Shown: one piece after another, positions 8,545 to 18,635 of the stretch
Layout of the letters: every line of letters begins with the position of its first letter
How positions within the stretch are numbered: the first letter of the stretch is position 1
Assembly: GCA_001314625.1 (NCBI GenBank)
Contig: LJSH01000003.1
Location: forward strand, 171,454-235,453
From: Oceanicaulis sp. HLUCCA04
GTDB lineage: Bacteria; Pseudomonadota; Alphaproteobacteria; Caulobacterales; Maricaulaceae
Direction: 5' to 3'
Length of the DNA: 64,000 nt
Notes under the pieces: generated by a model
The model's input: the letters and a program-made list of their open reading frames with translations, nothing else
The model's database searches: none
What the model was told of the DNA's origin: nothing
Translations under genes and position numbers: made by a program

Positions 8545-11500
8545 ATGACTTTCCTCAAGAAGTTTGCTTACGGCGCTTCTGTAGCCGCGCTCGCTGCGAT
8601 GGCTCCGGTTGCTGCTGTGCATGCCCAGCAGGTAACATCCGATATCCGTGGCCAGATCACGGATCAGAACGGCGCGCCGGTCAGCGGCGCCAGTGTGCAG
8701 GTTGTGCACCAGCCTTCGGGCTCCGTGTCGAACAGCGTCACGTCCGCTGGCGGCGTCTTTTCCGCCCGCGGCCTGCGCGTCGGTGGTCCCTACACGGTGA
8801 CCATCACCGCCAACGGCTATCAGCCGCGTCAGGTTGAAGGGATCGCCCTGAACCTCGGCGAGACCTTCCGCCTCGACCAGACGCTCGAAGCGTCCCAGGC
8901 GACCGAAGTCATCGTCGTCACGGGGTCAGCGATCCAGACGGTTGAAACCGCGATCGGTCCGAACGCCACCTTCGGCCAGGACGTGCTCACCGCAGCGCCG
9001 GCCATCAACCGCAGCCTGAATGACATCGTTCGCATCGACCCGCGGATTTATGTCGACGAGTCGTTCGTCGATGCCATCCAGTGCGCCGGTGCCAACCCGC
9101 GCTTCAACAGCCTCACCGTCGACGGTGTGCGTCTGAATGACGGCTTCGGCCTCAACAGCAATGGCTTCCCGACCGAGGGCCAGCCCTTCTCCTACGACGC
9201 CATCGAGCAGGTTGCGGTCGAACTGGCGCCTTTTGATGTGCGCTATGGCGGCTTCTCCGCCTGTAATATCAACGCGGTGACCAAGTCCGGCGGGAACGAG
9301 TTCCGCGGCGGTTTCTTCGTGGATTACACCAGCGACAACCTGACGGGCAGCAGCCTTGAAGGCAGCTCCATCAACATCGAACCGTTCGATGATTATCGTT
9401 ACGGTATCAATGTCGGCGGCCCGATTATCCAGGATCGGCTGTTCTTCTTCGCGGCCTATGAGCGCCGCGACGGAACCAACACCTTCGATCGTGGCCCGGA
9501 AGGTTCGGGCGCGACGGTCGAAATTCCCGGCTTCACGATTGCCGACTTCGACGAAATCCGCCGCATTGCGCAGGACGAATACAATTACGATCCCGGTGGC
9601 ACCCCGTCGAGCTATGACAACACGGACGAGAAGCTTCTTGTGCGTCTCGACTGGGAAATCAGCAACAACCACCGTGCCAGCTTCGTCTACAACTACAATG
9701 ACGGCTTCAACATCACGCAGTCGGATGGCGGTAGCGACGAGTTCGAATACTCCAACCACCTGTACGAGCGCGGTGCAGAGCTGAACTCCTACACTGGCTC
9801 GCTGTTCTCTGACTGGACGAACAATTTCTCCACCGAGCTGCGCGTGAGCTATATCGATCTGGTCAACCGCCAGAACTCGCTCGATACGGCAGGCTTCGGC
9901 GAATTCCAGATCGATGTTAACGGCAACACGATCTATCTGGGCGGCGATGACAGCCGTCAGTCCAACGAGCTGAACTATTCCATCCTTTCGACCCAGCTGC
10001 GCGGCAACTACCAGCTGGACGATCACTCCATCTCGTTCGGTTACGAGCGTGAAGAGTATGAGATCTTCAACCTCTTCGTGCAGCACAGCATCGGCGAGTT
10101 CCAGTTCGACAGCATCGCGGACTTTGAAAATGGTTTCCCGAGCGCGATCTCCTACAACAACGCGCCTTCGCTGAACCCGACGGATGCGGCAGCCGACTGG
10201 GGCTATGCGATTAACACCGTGTTTGCCCAGGACGAGTGGCAGGCCGGGTCCAACCTGACCGTCACAGCCGGTCTGCGCTATGACTGGTACACGACGGACG
10301 ACACTCCGCCGGAAAATCCCGACTTTGTCGCCGACTATGGCTTCTCCAACTCCCAGACGCTTGACGGTGTCGGCCTTCTTCAGCCGCGCTTTGCCGTACA
10401 GTGGGATATCAGCGACACGCTGACCGCCCGTGGCGGCATCGGCCTGTTCTCCGGTGGTAACCCGAATGTCTGGCTGTCGAATAACTACTCGGCGAACAAC
10501 GTGACCCAGTTCGGTCAGCGTGGCCGCTCCTTCGGCTATACCGATGGTTCGCGCTCGCTGTTTGATGCAGATGTTGTGTACCCGAACGGCCTGACGGCTG
10601 GTTTTGCGGTCCCTCAAGAGCTGATCGATGCGGTTGCCGCCGGTTCCGGTGACAATTTTGAGATCAACTATCTGGATCCGAACTTTGACATTCCCGCAGA
10701 TTGGAAAGTCTCTCTGGGTGCGACGTGGCTTGTAGATGCTGCGCTGCCGAGCTTCCTGGGCGGTGAGTACATCGTGAATGCCGACCTCCTGTTCAACCGG
10801 GCCCAGAACTCGGCGGTCGTGCGCCGCGGTGACCTGGACCAGGTTGCTACGGCCGTTGCCGGTATTCCGGTCTTCGCCAGCAACCGGGAACCGTCTTTCG
10901 TTCTCACCAACTCCACGCGTGACGTCGACTCCTGGAATTTCGGCATCACCGTGCAGCGCGAGTACGATTTCGGCCTTAGCTGGGTTGCCGGCTACTCATA
11001 TTCGGACGCTCACGAAGTTCAGCCGATGACCAGCTCGGTGGCATTCTCCAACTATAGCAACCGCTCCTACTTCAACCCGCAGCTGGATGAAGTGGCTCAG
11101 TCCAACTACAACGTGCCGCACCGCTTCACGCTGCTGCTGAACTACGAGCACGAGTTCGTGGAAGAATACCGCACGCGCTTCACCCTGTTTGGACAGGCCG
11201 CACAGGGCCGCCCCTACAGCTACACGTTCGGTTCAAACAATCTGCTGGGCTTCAACCCCTTCCAGGGTGGGCCGAGCTCGTTGCTGTACGTCCCGAACGG
11301 TCCGAGCGATCCCAATGTCGCGTTCGCCGGCGGGTTCGACGTAGAGGGCTTCTTCAACTATCTGGAGCAACAGGGCCTTATGGGTTATGCGGGTGGCTTC
11401 GTTCCGCGTAACGAGTTCAACTCCGATTGGTGGATCAAGGCGGACCTGCGTATCGAGCAGGAACTGCCGGGTCTTCTCGATGGTCACCGCAGTGCGGCGT

Positions 11501-11718
11501 TCATCGTGATCGACAACCTGCCGAACCTGATCAGCGACGAATGGGGCATCTTCCGTCAGGCCAGCTTCCCCGGCACGGTCCAGGCGGCAAGTGCGGGTCT
11601 GATCAATGGTGGGACCCAGATCGAGTATCGCGACTTCAGCCCGAACCGCCTGGTTCAGAGCCGTCAGGGTTCGGCCTCGCTGTGGTCGGTCCGCGTGGGC
11701 CTGCGTTACGAGTTCTAG
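8545..11718 (+). CDS. Oar-like TonB-dependent receptor with N-terminal carboxypeptidase-regulatory-like domain
   Basis: Signal peptide, IRGQITDQNGAPVSGASV domain, RFNSLTVDG plug, NAVTKSGGNEF, C-terminal GLRYEF; RBS GGGGGA. Confidence 0.92.
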   Translation: MTFLKKFAYGASVAALAAMAPVAAVHAQQVTSDIRGQITDQNGAPVSGASVQVVHQPSGSVSNSVTSAGGVFSARGLRVGGPYTVTITANGYQPRQVEGIALNLGETFRLDQTLEASQATEVIVVTGSAIQTVETAIGPNATFGQDVLTAAPAINRSLNDIVRIDPRIYVDESFVDAIQCAGANPRFNSLTVDGVRLNDGFGLNSNGFPTEGQPFSYDAIEQVAVELAPFDVRYGGFSACNINAVTKSGGNEFRGGFFVDYTSDNLTGSSLEGSSINIEPFDDYRYGINVGGPIIQDRLFFFAAYERRDGTNTFDRGPEGSGATVEIPGFTIADFDEIRRIAQDEYNYDPGGTPSSYDNTDEKLLVRLDWEISNNHRASFVYNYNDGFNITQSDGGSDEFEYSNHLYERGAELNSYTGSLFSDWTNNFSTELRVSYIDLVNRQNSLDTAGFGEFQIDVNGNTIYLGGDDSRQSNELNYSILSTQLRGNYQLDDHSISFGYEREEYEIFNLFVQHSIGEFQFDSIADFENGFPSAISYNNAPSLNPTDAAADWGYAINTVFAQDEWQAGSNLTVTAGLRYDWYTTDDTPPENPDFVADYGFSNSQTLDGVGLLQPRFAVQWDISDTLTARGGIGLFSGGNPNVWLSNNYSANNVTQFGQRGRSFGYTDGSRSLFDADVVYPNGLTAGFAVPQELIDAVAAGSGDNFEINYLDPNFDIPADWKVSLGATWLVDAALPSFLGGEYIVNADLLFNRAQNSAVVRRGDLDQVATAVAGIPVFASNREPSFVLTNSTRDVDSWNFGITVQREYDFGLSWVAGYSYSDAHEVQPMTSSVAFSNYSNRSYFNPQLDEVAQSNYNVPHRFTLLLNYEHEFVEEYRTRFTLFGQAAQGRPYSYTFGSNNLLGFNPFQGGPSSLLYVPNGPSDPNVAFAGGFDVEGFFNYLEQQGLMGYAGGFVPRNEFNSDWWIKADLRIEQELPGLLDGHRSAAFIVIDNLPNLISDEWGIFRQASFPGTVQAASAGLINGGTQIEYRDFSPNRLVQSRQGSASLWSVRVGLRYEF

Positions 11719-11749
11719 TAACCAGACCTTACGGTTTGAGAGTGCAGGG

Positions 11750-11782
11750 AAGGGCGGCTCGTCAGAGCCGCCCTTTTCTTTT
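11750..11782 (+). terminator. Rho-independent terminator after TonB receptor
   Basis: AAGGGCGGCTC-GTCA-GAGCCGCCCTT followed by TTCTTTT. Confidence 0.85.
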
Positions 11783-11887
11783 GCTGCCACGTATTTTCCC
11801 GGCCCGCTTAACGCCATCGCTACCGCTTCTCAGGCATGGTAAGCCAGCGGCAGACATACCTGCCGCCAGCTTCTGTCCCGGATCGCC

Positions 11888-12889
11888 ATGACTGCTTCGC
11901 TTCACATTCCCCACGAGACCGCGCCGCAAGACGTCATCCACACCTGCTGGCCGGCCGATGGCGCGCTGTGGGAAGATGATCTTGATCCGGCGCGCGCCGA
12001 ATTTGCCAGCTTTGTCAGCCATCTGGTGCGCGGCGGGCAGGCGGTGACCATCCATGCGGCCAGCGACGAGACAGTGCGCGATGTCCATGCCCGTCTCGGC
12101 GAAACGGTGCAAACGGTGCGCAATCCGTATGGCGATGTCTGGGTGCGCGATACCGGGCCGGTCCTGGCAGTCTCAGGCGGCCAGCTGACGGCGGTGCGCT
12201 TCCGGTTCAATGGCTGGGGCCGCAAGTATGAGCTGGATGGCGACCAGCAAATCGGTCTCGCCGTCGCGTCGCTTGCCGGCGCCAGGCTCAAGGAGATCGA
12301 TCTGGTCTGTGAGGGCGGCGCGCTGGAGTTTGATGGCGAAGGCACGCTGATCACCACGCGCCAGTGCCTGCTCAATGCCAACCGCAATCCCGGCCTCACC
12401 GAAGCGCAGGTGGAAGACCGGCTGAAAGACGCGCTGGGTATCCAGAGCGTCATCTGGCTCGATGAGGGCCTCGCCGGTGATCATACCGACGGGCATGTCG
12501 ACAATATCGCCCGCTTCATCGCGCCAGGCGTGGTGGCCTGTCAGCAGGCCAGTGGCAGCGATGACCCCAATGCGAAAACCTTCGATGCCATTGCCCGCCA
12601 GCTGGAAAGCGCGCGCGATGCAAAGGCGCGCAAGCTGGAAGTCGTGCGCCTGCCCTCGCCGGGACGGGTTGTGGATGAGGACGGCGCGGTACGCGCGGCC
12701 TCGCACATGAACTGGGTTCTGGCGCCGCGCACGGTGGTGATGCCCGCATTCAATGCCCATGCTGCCATGGCGGTAAAAGTGCTGGAACCTTACTTCTCCG
12801 GGCGGACCCTTGCAGTTAGCCCATCTTCGCATATCCTGTCGGGCGGCGGGTCTTTTCACTGTGTGACATGCAACCAGCCCCGGGTCTGA
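11888..12889 (+). CDS. aguA: Agmatine deiminase family (PAD_porph)
   Basis: DVWVRDTGP, EGGALEFDGEGT, DHTDGHVDNIARF, GGGSFHCVT catalytic motifs. Confidence 0.9.
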   Translation: MTASLHIPHETAPQDVIHTCWPADGALWEDDLDPARAEFASFVSHLVRGGQAVTIHAASDETVRDVHARLGETVQTVRNPYGDVWVRDTGPVLAVSGGQLTAVRFRFNGWGRKYELDGDQQIGLAVASLAGARLKEIDLVCEGGALEFDGEGTLITTRQCLLNANRNPGLTEAQVEDRLKDALGIQSVIWLDEGLAGDHTDGHVDNIARFIAPGVVACQQASGSDDPNAKTFDAIARQLESARDAKARKLEVVRLPSPGRVVDEDGAVRAASHMNWVLAPRTVVMPAFNAHAAMAVKVLEPYFSGRTLAVSPSSHILSGGGSFHCVTCNQPRV

Positions 12890-12893
12890 TCCC

Positions 12894-14591
12894 ATGCGCT
12901 ATACAGCCTGCGCCTTTGCAGCTCTTGCCCTTGCGGCCGCGTCCAGCGCGGTGCCGCCGACGCCACAGCTGCGCGCCCTGACGGCCAGCGCGCTGGCCTC
13001 TGGCGATGAGGGGCCTTCCACCGAGACCAGCCTGACGATGGACCAGGCGGACGCCATACTGGCTGCCGCCGAAGCGCGGCGGGACATGTCAGGCGCATCG
13101 GAAATGACCGATGGCGGGGCAGAAGGCGGCGGTGCCGAAACGGTGACAATCGCGGATGCGGCGCCGATCCTGCCTGAAAGCGAGCTGCCGTCGCGCGAAC
13201 CCGGCGCCGTTATTGGTGAGGAGACCGTCTACGAGATCGCGCCCGCGCCGGACGCACAGGCGGATGCCCCGTTCATTGCCAGCGCGCCCGATCTGGACGA
13301 GGAGACGGCGCTGGCCGAGGCAGGAGCGATCGCGGAATCGCTGGACATGGCCTATGTCAACGAAGGCAATGTCGTGCCCGTCGCCACACCTGCTGATGGC
13401 GGCGAGTTCGTCTGGGAGATTGCCCCGGAGCGCCTGCTGCCAACGCTGGTCGATCAGGCCGAGACACTGGCCCAGATGTCAGACGCGCGTGTGCCGCGCG
13501 TGTCGCTGTTTTCCAGCCTTGCCTACCTCGAACCGTTCATCGAGCGGCTCAATCAGGCGGCCAGCTCGCGGCGCGTGGTCGGTCTGGCCGTCGCGGTTAT
13601 CGAGCAGGGCCGGCCGGCGCTGATCTACACGTCCGGCGAAACGGCGGCCGGATCGGGTGAGCCGATCACGCCGCGCACCGTGTTCCGGGCTGCCTCCCTG
13701 ACCAAGACGATGACGGGTGTATTGCTTGCCCATCTTGAACATGAGGGCCGCATCCATCTTGATGATCCGGCACCGCAAATCATCCGTGTGAACAATACCC
13801 GCCAGCCGACCGTGCTGGACATGCTCTCCCACCGCACCGGCCTGCCGCGGAACGCCTATGACAACAGGCTGGAAGAAGGCCGCCCCATCTCGGCCATTCT
13901 GGAAGAGACAGCTGAGCTGGATCCGGTCTGCGCCGTGGGCGAGTGCTACACCTATCAGAACATTGTGTTTTCCGGCGCTGCCGAAGTGGTGCGGGAAGCC
14001 ACGGGCTCCAGTTATGAGCGCAATGTGCGCCGGCGCCTGTTCCAGCGCTATGGCATGGTCACCGCAGGCTTTGGCGAAAGCGATCTGACACGTGCAGCCA
14101 GCTGGGCCCGGCCGCACCGGGGCTGGGCGCGCACTGTCGACATGCCCGGCAGCCCGGCCAGCAATTATGATGCAGCCGTGCCCGCCGCTGGCGCTACCGT
14201 CTCGCTGGAAGACTTGATGGCGTGGGTGACCGCCCATATTTCCGAAACCGGCGGCATCCCGCCAGAAATCCGCGAGCGCCTGTTTACGCCCTATGTCGCG
14301 ACGCCGCGCGAGACCCGCTCGCTGGAACGTCGCTATCCCGGACGGGTCAGCGAAACCCAATACGGGCTTGGCTGGCGCATTTATCGCTGGGGCGAGCGCA
14401 CACTGATCGCCCATTCGGGCTATTTGTCGGGCTATGGTGCGCAGATCGTTATGGAACCGGCCACCGGATTTGCCTATGTAGCGCTATGGAATGCCGATGC
14501 CAGCGCCCCGTGGCGGCTCTGGCCGACGGTAATGGATCTGCGCACGGGCGACGGGCCGGGTGACTGGCTCGACGAGCTTGACGAGGACTGA
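12894..14591 (+). CDS. Secreted serine hydrolase (beta-lactamase/AmpC-like) with long acidic N-terminal extension
   Basis: Signal peptide; ASLTK (SxxK), YQN (YxN), HSG motifs; about 200 aa Ala/Glu/Pro-rich region before the catalytic domain. Confidence 0.85.
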   Translation: MRYTACAFAALALAAASSAVPPTPQLRALTASALASGDEGPSTETSLTMDQADAILAAAEARRDMSGASEMTDGGAEGGGAETVTIADAAPILPESELPSREPGAVIGEETVYEIAPAPDAQADAPFIASAPDLDEETALAEAGAIAESLDMAYVNEGNVVPVATPADGGEFVWEIAPERLLPTLVDQAETLAQMSDARVPRVSLFSSLAYLEPFIERLNQAASSRRVVGLAVAVIEQGRPALIYTSGETAAGSGEPITPRTVFRAASLTKTMTGVLLAHLEHEGRIHLDDPAPQIIRVNNTRQPTVLDMLSHRTGLPRNAYDNRLEEGRPISAILEETAELDPVCAVGECYTYQNIVFSGAAEVVREATGSSYERNVRRRLFQRYGMVTAGFGESDLTRAASWARPHRGWARTVDMPGSPASNYDAAVPAAGATVSLEDLMAWVTAHISETGGIPPEIRERLFTPYVATPRETRSLERRYPGRVSETQYGLGWRIYRWGERTLIAHSGYLSGYGAQIVMEPATGFAYVALWNADASAPWRLWPTVMDLRTGDGPGDWLDELDED

Positions 14592-14593
14592 TC

Positions 14594-15442
14594 TTGACTG
14601 ACACAGCGATTACGCTGGGCGTGCTGCAAGGCGCGTTCGGGGAAGACATGCATGCCAATATCGACACGGTGAAAGGCCTTGTGCGCGAAGCGGCGGGCAA
14701 GGGCGCACAGGTGATATTGCCGCCGGAGCTGTTTCAGGGGCCGTATTTCTGCACCAGCCAGGAAGAGCGCTGGTTCGGCACAGCCTACCCGGCGCTGGAG
14801 CATCCGTGCGTGACTGCGCTGCAACCGCTCGCTGCCGAGCTGGGCGTGGTGATCCCGGTCTCCATCTTCGAGCGCGAGGGGCCGCACTATTACAATTCGC
14901 TGGTGATGGTGGATGCTGACGGCAAGGCGCTGGGCACCTACCGCAAGAGCCATATTCCTGACGGTCCGGGCTACCAGGAGAAGTATTATTTCCGCCCCGG
15001 CGATACCGGCTTCAAGGTCTGGAATACCCGCCACGGCCGCGTAGGCGTTGGCATTTGCTGGGATCAATGGTTCCCGGAGACCGCGCGCGCGATGGCGATG
15101 ATGGGGGCCGAGGTTCTGCTCTACCCGACGGCCATTGGCTCTGAACCGCATGATGCGGGCCTCGACACGGCGGCGCGCTGGCGCCGGGCCATGCAGGGCC
15201 ATGCCGTCTCCAATGTCATCCCCATTGCTGCGGCCAATCGCGTGGGCGATGAGAACGGGCAGGTCTTCTACGGCACCAGCTTTATCTGCGATCATACCGG
15301 CGAGGTGGTGTCAGAGCTGGACCGGGCTGAACATGGCGTGGCGGTTGCGCGTTTCGACCGTGCCTTCCTTGACCGTCACCGTGCTGCCTGGGGCTTTTTC
15401 CGCGACCGGCGCACCGATCTTTACGGACCCTATTTTTCATGA
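14594..15442 (+). CDS. aguB: N-carbamoylputrescine amidase
   Basis: PPELFQGPYF, YRKSHIPDGPGYQEKYYF, ICWDQWFPE (E-K-C triad); TTG start. Confidence 0.92.
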   Translation: MTDTAITLGVLQGAFGEDMHANIDTVKGLVREAAGKGAQVILPPELFQGPYFCTSQEERWFGTAYPALEHPCVTALQPLAAELGVVIPVSIFEREGPHYYNSLVMVDADGKALGTYRKSHIPDGPGYQEKYYFRPGDTGFKVWNTRHGRVGVGICWDQWFPETARAMAMMGAEVLLYPTAIGSEPHDAGLDTAARWRRAMQGHAVSNVIPIAAANRVGDENGQVFYGTSFICDHTGEVVSELDRAEHGVAVARFDRAFLDRHRAAWGFFRDRRTDLYGPYFS

Positions 15443-16998
15443 CCGAGCACCGCCGCAGCGCGAAGCTGACCGTCCGCAATGCCACGCTGGCCGATGTGCC
15501 GGAGATTCTGGCGCTGCAGGACCGGGCCTATCCTAACCTGCCGCCCGACCTGCCCGGCATGATACGCGGCCAGATACAGGCCTTCCCCGAAGGCCAGTTT
15601 CTCGTGGAATATGAAGGCGATGTGGTCGGCTGGTGCGCGACCTTCATCACCACTGAAGAACTGGCGATGAGCCCGCACAGCTGGGCGGAGATCACCGGCA
15701 ATGGCTATGCCGCGCGCCATGACGAGGACGGCGAGTGGCTGTACGGAATGGAAGTGGCGGTCGATCCGACGCGCCGCCGTCTGCGCATCGGCCAGCGGCT
15801 CTATAATGCCCGCAAGCAGCTCTGTCAGGCCTGGGGTTTGAAGGGCGTCGTCTTTGGCGGACGCTTGCCTGGCTACAAGCGCCGCCGCAAGGCCTATCCG
15901 ACACCGGAAGAATATCTGGCCGCCATCGAGGCGCGCGAGGTGAAGGATTCGGTATCCAACTTCCAGATGCGCATGGGCTTCGAGCCGGTCGGTGTTCTGA
16001 AGAATTACTATCCCGAGGACACCGATTCGCTCGGCCATGCCTCGCTGATGGTCTGGCGCAATCCCAAATTCGTTGAAGCGCCCAGTGGCGGCAAGCGTTT
16101 TGACCCGCAGACCGTGCGCGTGGCGGCGGTGCAGTTCATGGCCCGCGCCGTGGACAGTACGCGCGAATTTGAGCGCAATGTGGAGTATTTTGTGGATGTG
16201 TGCTCGGACTACCGGGCCGATTTCTGCGTCTTCCCGGAAATGTTCACCGTCGCGCTGCTATCGCTGGAAAAGCGGCGCTTGTCCCCGCAGGAATCCATCG
16301 CCGCGCTGTCGCGCCACACCCCGCGCTTTCTGGAATTCATGAGCCAGCTGGCCGTGCGCTACAATATCAATATCGTGGGCGGGTCCCACCCGACCGAAAC
16401 CGATGATGGCGATATCCAGAACGTGGCCTATGTGTTTTTGCGTGACGGCTCTGTCCATGCGCAGGAGAAAATCCACCCTACGCCGAACGAGCGTTTCTGG
16501 TGGAATATCAAGGGCGGCGATTTCGTCCATGCCATCCCCACCGATTGCGGGCCGATTGGCGTTCTGATCTGTTATGACAGCGAGTTTCCCGAGCTTGCCC
16601 GCCGGCTGGCCGATGAGGGCGCGCGCATATTGTTCGTGCCCTACGCCACCGATGATCGCACAGGTCATTTGCGGGTTCGATATTGTTCGCAGGCGCGCGC
16701 CATCGAGAACCAGTTTTACGTTGTCACAGCAGGCAATGTCGGCAATCTGCCCGATGTCGAGAACATGGATATCAACTACGCGCAGAGCGCGATCCTGACG
16801 CCGTGCGACTTTCCGTTTGCGCGTGACGGCATCGCTGCCGAAACATCGGAAAATGTTGAAACCATTGCCGTTGCGGACTTGCGGCTGGACGATATTGCCG
16901 AGAGCCGGCGCTCCGGCACGGTGCGAAACCTGCGTGACCGCCGCTTTGATCTCTACCGCATTGTGTGGAATGACGGCCCGGGATCGGCGCGCCCCTGA
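15439..16998 (+). CDS. GNAT acetyltransferase - carbon-nitrogen hydrolase fusion (YhcX-like)
   Basis: N-terminal GNAT (FPEGQF...LYGMEVAVDP.RRRLRIG); C-terminal nitrilase fold with FPEMF, QEKIH, ICYDSEFPE; ATGA overlap with aguB. Confidence 0.88.
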   Translation: MTEHRRSAKLTVRNATLADVPEILALQDRAYPNLPPDLPGMIRGQIQAFPEGQFLVEYEGDVVGWCATFITTEELAMSPHSWAEITGNGYAARHDEDGEWLYGMEVAVDPTRRRLRIGQRLYNARKQLCQAWGLKGVVFGGRLPGYKRRRKAYPTPEEYLAAIEAREVKDSVSNFQMRMGFEPVGVLKNYYPEDTDSLGHASLMVWRNPKFVEAPSGGKRFDPQTVRVAAVQFMARAVDSTREFERNVEYFVDVCSDYRADFCVFPEMFTVALLSLEKRRLSPQESIAALSRHTPRFLEFMSQLAVRYNINIVGGSHPTETDDGDIQNVAYVFLRDGSVHAQEKIHPTPNERFWWNIKGGDFVHAIPTDCGPIGVLICYDSEFPELARRLADEGARILFVPYATDDRTGHLRVRYCSQARAIENQFYVVTAGNVGNLPDVENMDINYAQSAILTPCDFPFARDGIAAETSENVETIAVADLRLDDIAESRRSGTVRNLRDRRFDLYRIVWNDGPGSARP

Positions 16999-17014
16999 GG
17001 CGTTTTGTCCTGCG

Positions 17015-17194
17015 CTATTCGCGCCGCGCTGCCGGGATAAGAAGGGCGATAGCCAGCGCCGCGCCCGCGCTCGGCCAGGTAAAGGCGATCGCCTGATCCA
17101 CCATGCCGGTGGCAAGGCTGAAACCGCCAGCCGTCAGGCCCAGAGCCAGCACGCCGGCAAAGGCAAGCCAGAGCATTATGCGAAACCGTGTCAT
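17015..17194 (-). CDS. 59-aa hydrophobic membrane protein, absent from the ORF track
   Basis: Manual translation MTRFRIMLWLAFAGVLALGLTAGGFSLATGMVDQAIAFTWPSAGAALAIALLIPAARRE*; AGGAG RBS upstream; fills the gap between convergent genes. Confidence 0.75.
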   Translation of the reverse strand: MTRFRIMLWLAFAGVLALGLTAGGFSLATGMVDQAIAFTWPSAGAALAIALLIPAARRE

Positions 17195-17288
17195 GGCGCT
17201 TTTTCTCCTGCACCCTGAAGGCAGGATGATGGCAGAAACTGGCTAAATTTCCGTAGCTTCAGCGTTTACGCGGCATTGACCATAACGG

Positions 17289-17933
17289 TCAGCTCAGCAG
17301 CGCGCCGCCAATGCCGTCCAGAATGAACTGGGCGGCCAGGGCGGCCAGGATGACGCCGAGGATACGCGTTATCATGGCTGCGATCGTATCCCCCATCACG
17401 CGCATGAGCGGACCGGCGGCCAGAAACAGGACAAGGCAGACCAGAAGATTGGCTGCCATCGCGGCGAGCACCACGCCTTGCGTGGCAATATCCCCGCCCG
17501 AGCCGGACATGTAGAGCATGATGGAGGCAATCGCGCCCGGCCCGGCCAGCATGGGGATAGCCATGGGGAATACCGAGATATCCTCTTCCGGGCCGCCACC
17601 ATCATGATGCAGCTTCTCGGCGCGGTCCTCGCGCCGCTCGGTGCGCTTTTCAAAGATCATGTCGAGCGCCAGCAGGAAAAGCAGCACCCCGCCCGCCGCG
17701 CGGAAGGCATCCAGGCTCACATGCAGCGCGCCGAGCAGCCATTCCCCGCCATAGGCAAAGCCCAGCAATATGACGGTGGCGATTGCGACCGATTTGATGG
17801 CCATCTTGCGCCGGTGCGCGGCGCTGGTGCCCTGGGTCAGCCCCGCAAAGATCGGCATCACGCCAATGGGATCGATCACCACGAAGAAGGTGACGAAGGC
17901 GGCAGACAGAAGCGCAAGATCGATAGCGGGCAT
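17289..17933 (-). CDS. MarC family integral membrane protein
   Basis: FVVIDPIG, FRAAGGVLLF, FPMAIPMLAGPGAIA, TRILGVILAALAAQF; likely start MPAID at 17933. Confidence 0.92.
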   Translation of the reverse strand: MPAIDLALLSAAFVTFFVVIDPIGVMPIFAGLTQGTSAAHRRKMAIKSVAIATVILLGFAYGGEWLLGALHVSLDAFRAAGGVLLFLLALDMIFEKRTERREDRAEKLHHDGGGPEEDISVFPMAIPMLAGPGAIASIMLYMSGSGGDIATQGVVLAAMAANLLVCLVLFLAAGPLMRVMGDTIAAMITRILGVILAALAAQFILDGIGGALLS

Positions 17934-18200
17934 GACGGGGTTGTCCCTGCTGGATAAGGGGTGCGGATAACACCCCTTTTCACGCTTGGCGAGGGCGGCG
18001 GGCCCACTATCCCCGGATTTACCGGTTTTCAGGCCTGAAATCCGGGGTGCGGACCTGCTGATTCCGGGGTGCGGACGCCCCGATTCCACCCTGTTGCCAT
18101 TCTGCAACAAGGAGGACAGATGCCGGCGCCGGGGCTTATCCCCCTATTGGGAGGAAATGAGGGGATAGGGGGAGGGGTTGGGATTGTTTTCCCCCTGATC

Positions 18201-18531
18201 TCTCCACCGGGGTCTCCGGCCCCGCCTGTCCCCGTGAAAACGGGGAACCGGAGACCCAGAAAAAAGGTTGCGGCGTACGCGCCCTTCAGCGCTTCACCGC
18301 GATGGGGCCCCGGGGGAACGCAAACATGGGTCCCCGATCAAGCCGGGGACCCCGGTTGTGAGGCCAGCTGTCAGCTTGCCAGAACGATCAAAAAGCAGAC
18401 GTCTCCGGGGTCCCCCGCCCCGACGGGGGACCCAGAAAAAAGGTTGCGGCGTACGCGCCCTTCAGCGCTTCACCGCGATGGGGCCCCGGGGGAACGCAAA
18501 CACGGGTCCCCGATCAAGCCGGGGACCCCGG
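18201..18531. repeat. BIME-like mosaic: four palindromic REP-like units as two inverted doublets, including a 103-bp direct repeat
   Basis: Units at 18201-18257, 18325-18359, 18402-18433, 18501-18531 (GGGTCYCCG-loop-CGGRGACCC). 18253-18355 and 18429-18531 differ at one base. Confidence 0.9.
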
Positions 18532-18635
18532 CTTTTTGAGGTTCGCCGGTATTCTGGTTCTTTATGCCGGTAGACGCCCCCTCCGCAGGGCCGGGGACCC
18601 ACGATGGTGAGGTCAGCCGCCGCATTCGGCGCTTC

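Noticed and set aside
8926-10617. 563-aa minus-strand ORF and other long antisense ORFs (e.g. 21567-23297, 47857-49599, 54301-56472)
   Set aside because: Shadow frames of well-supported genes on the opposite strand, expected in high-GC DNA
18253-18531. Possible CRISPR array
   Set aside because: Only two long near-identical units with identical spacers, palindromes in alternating orientation, and no cas genes. This fits a REP/BIME mosaic.
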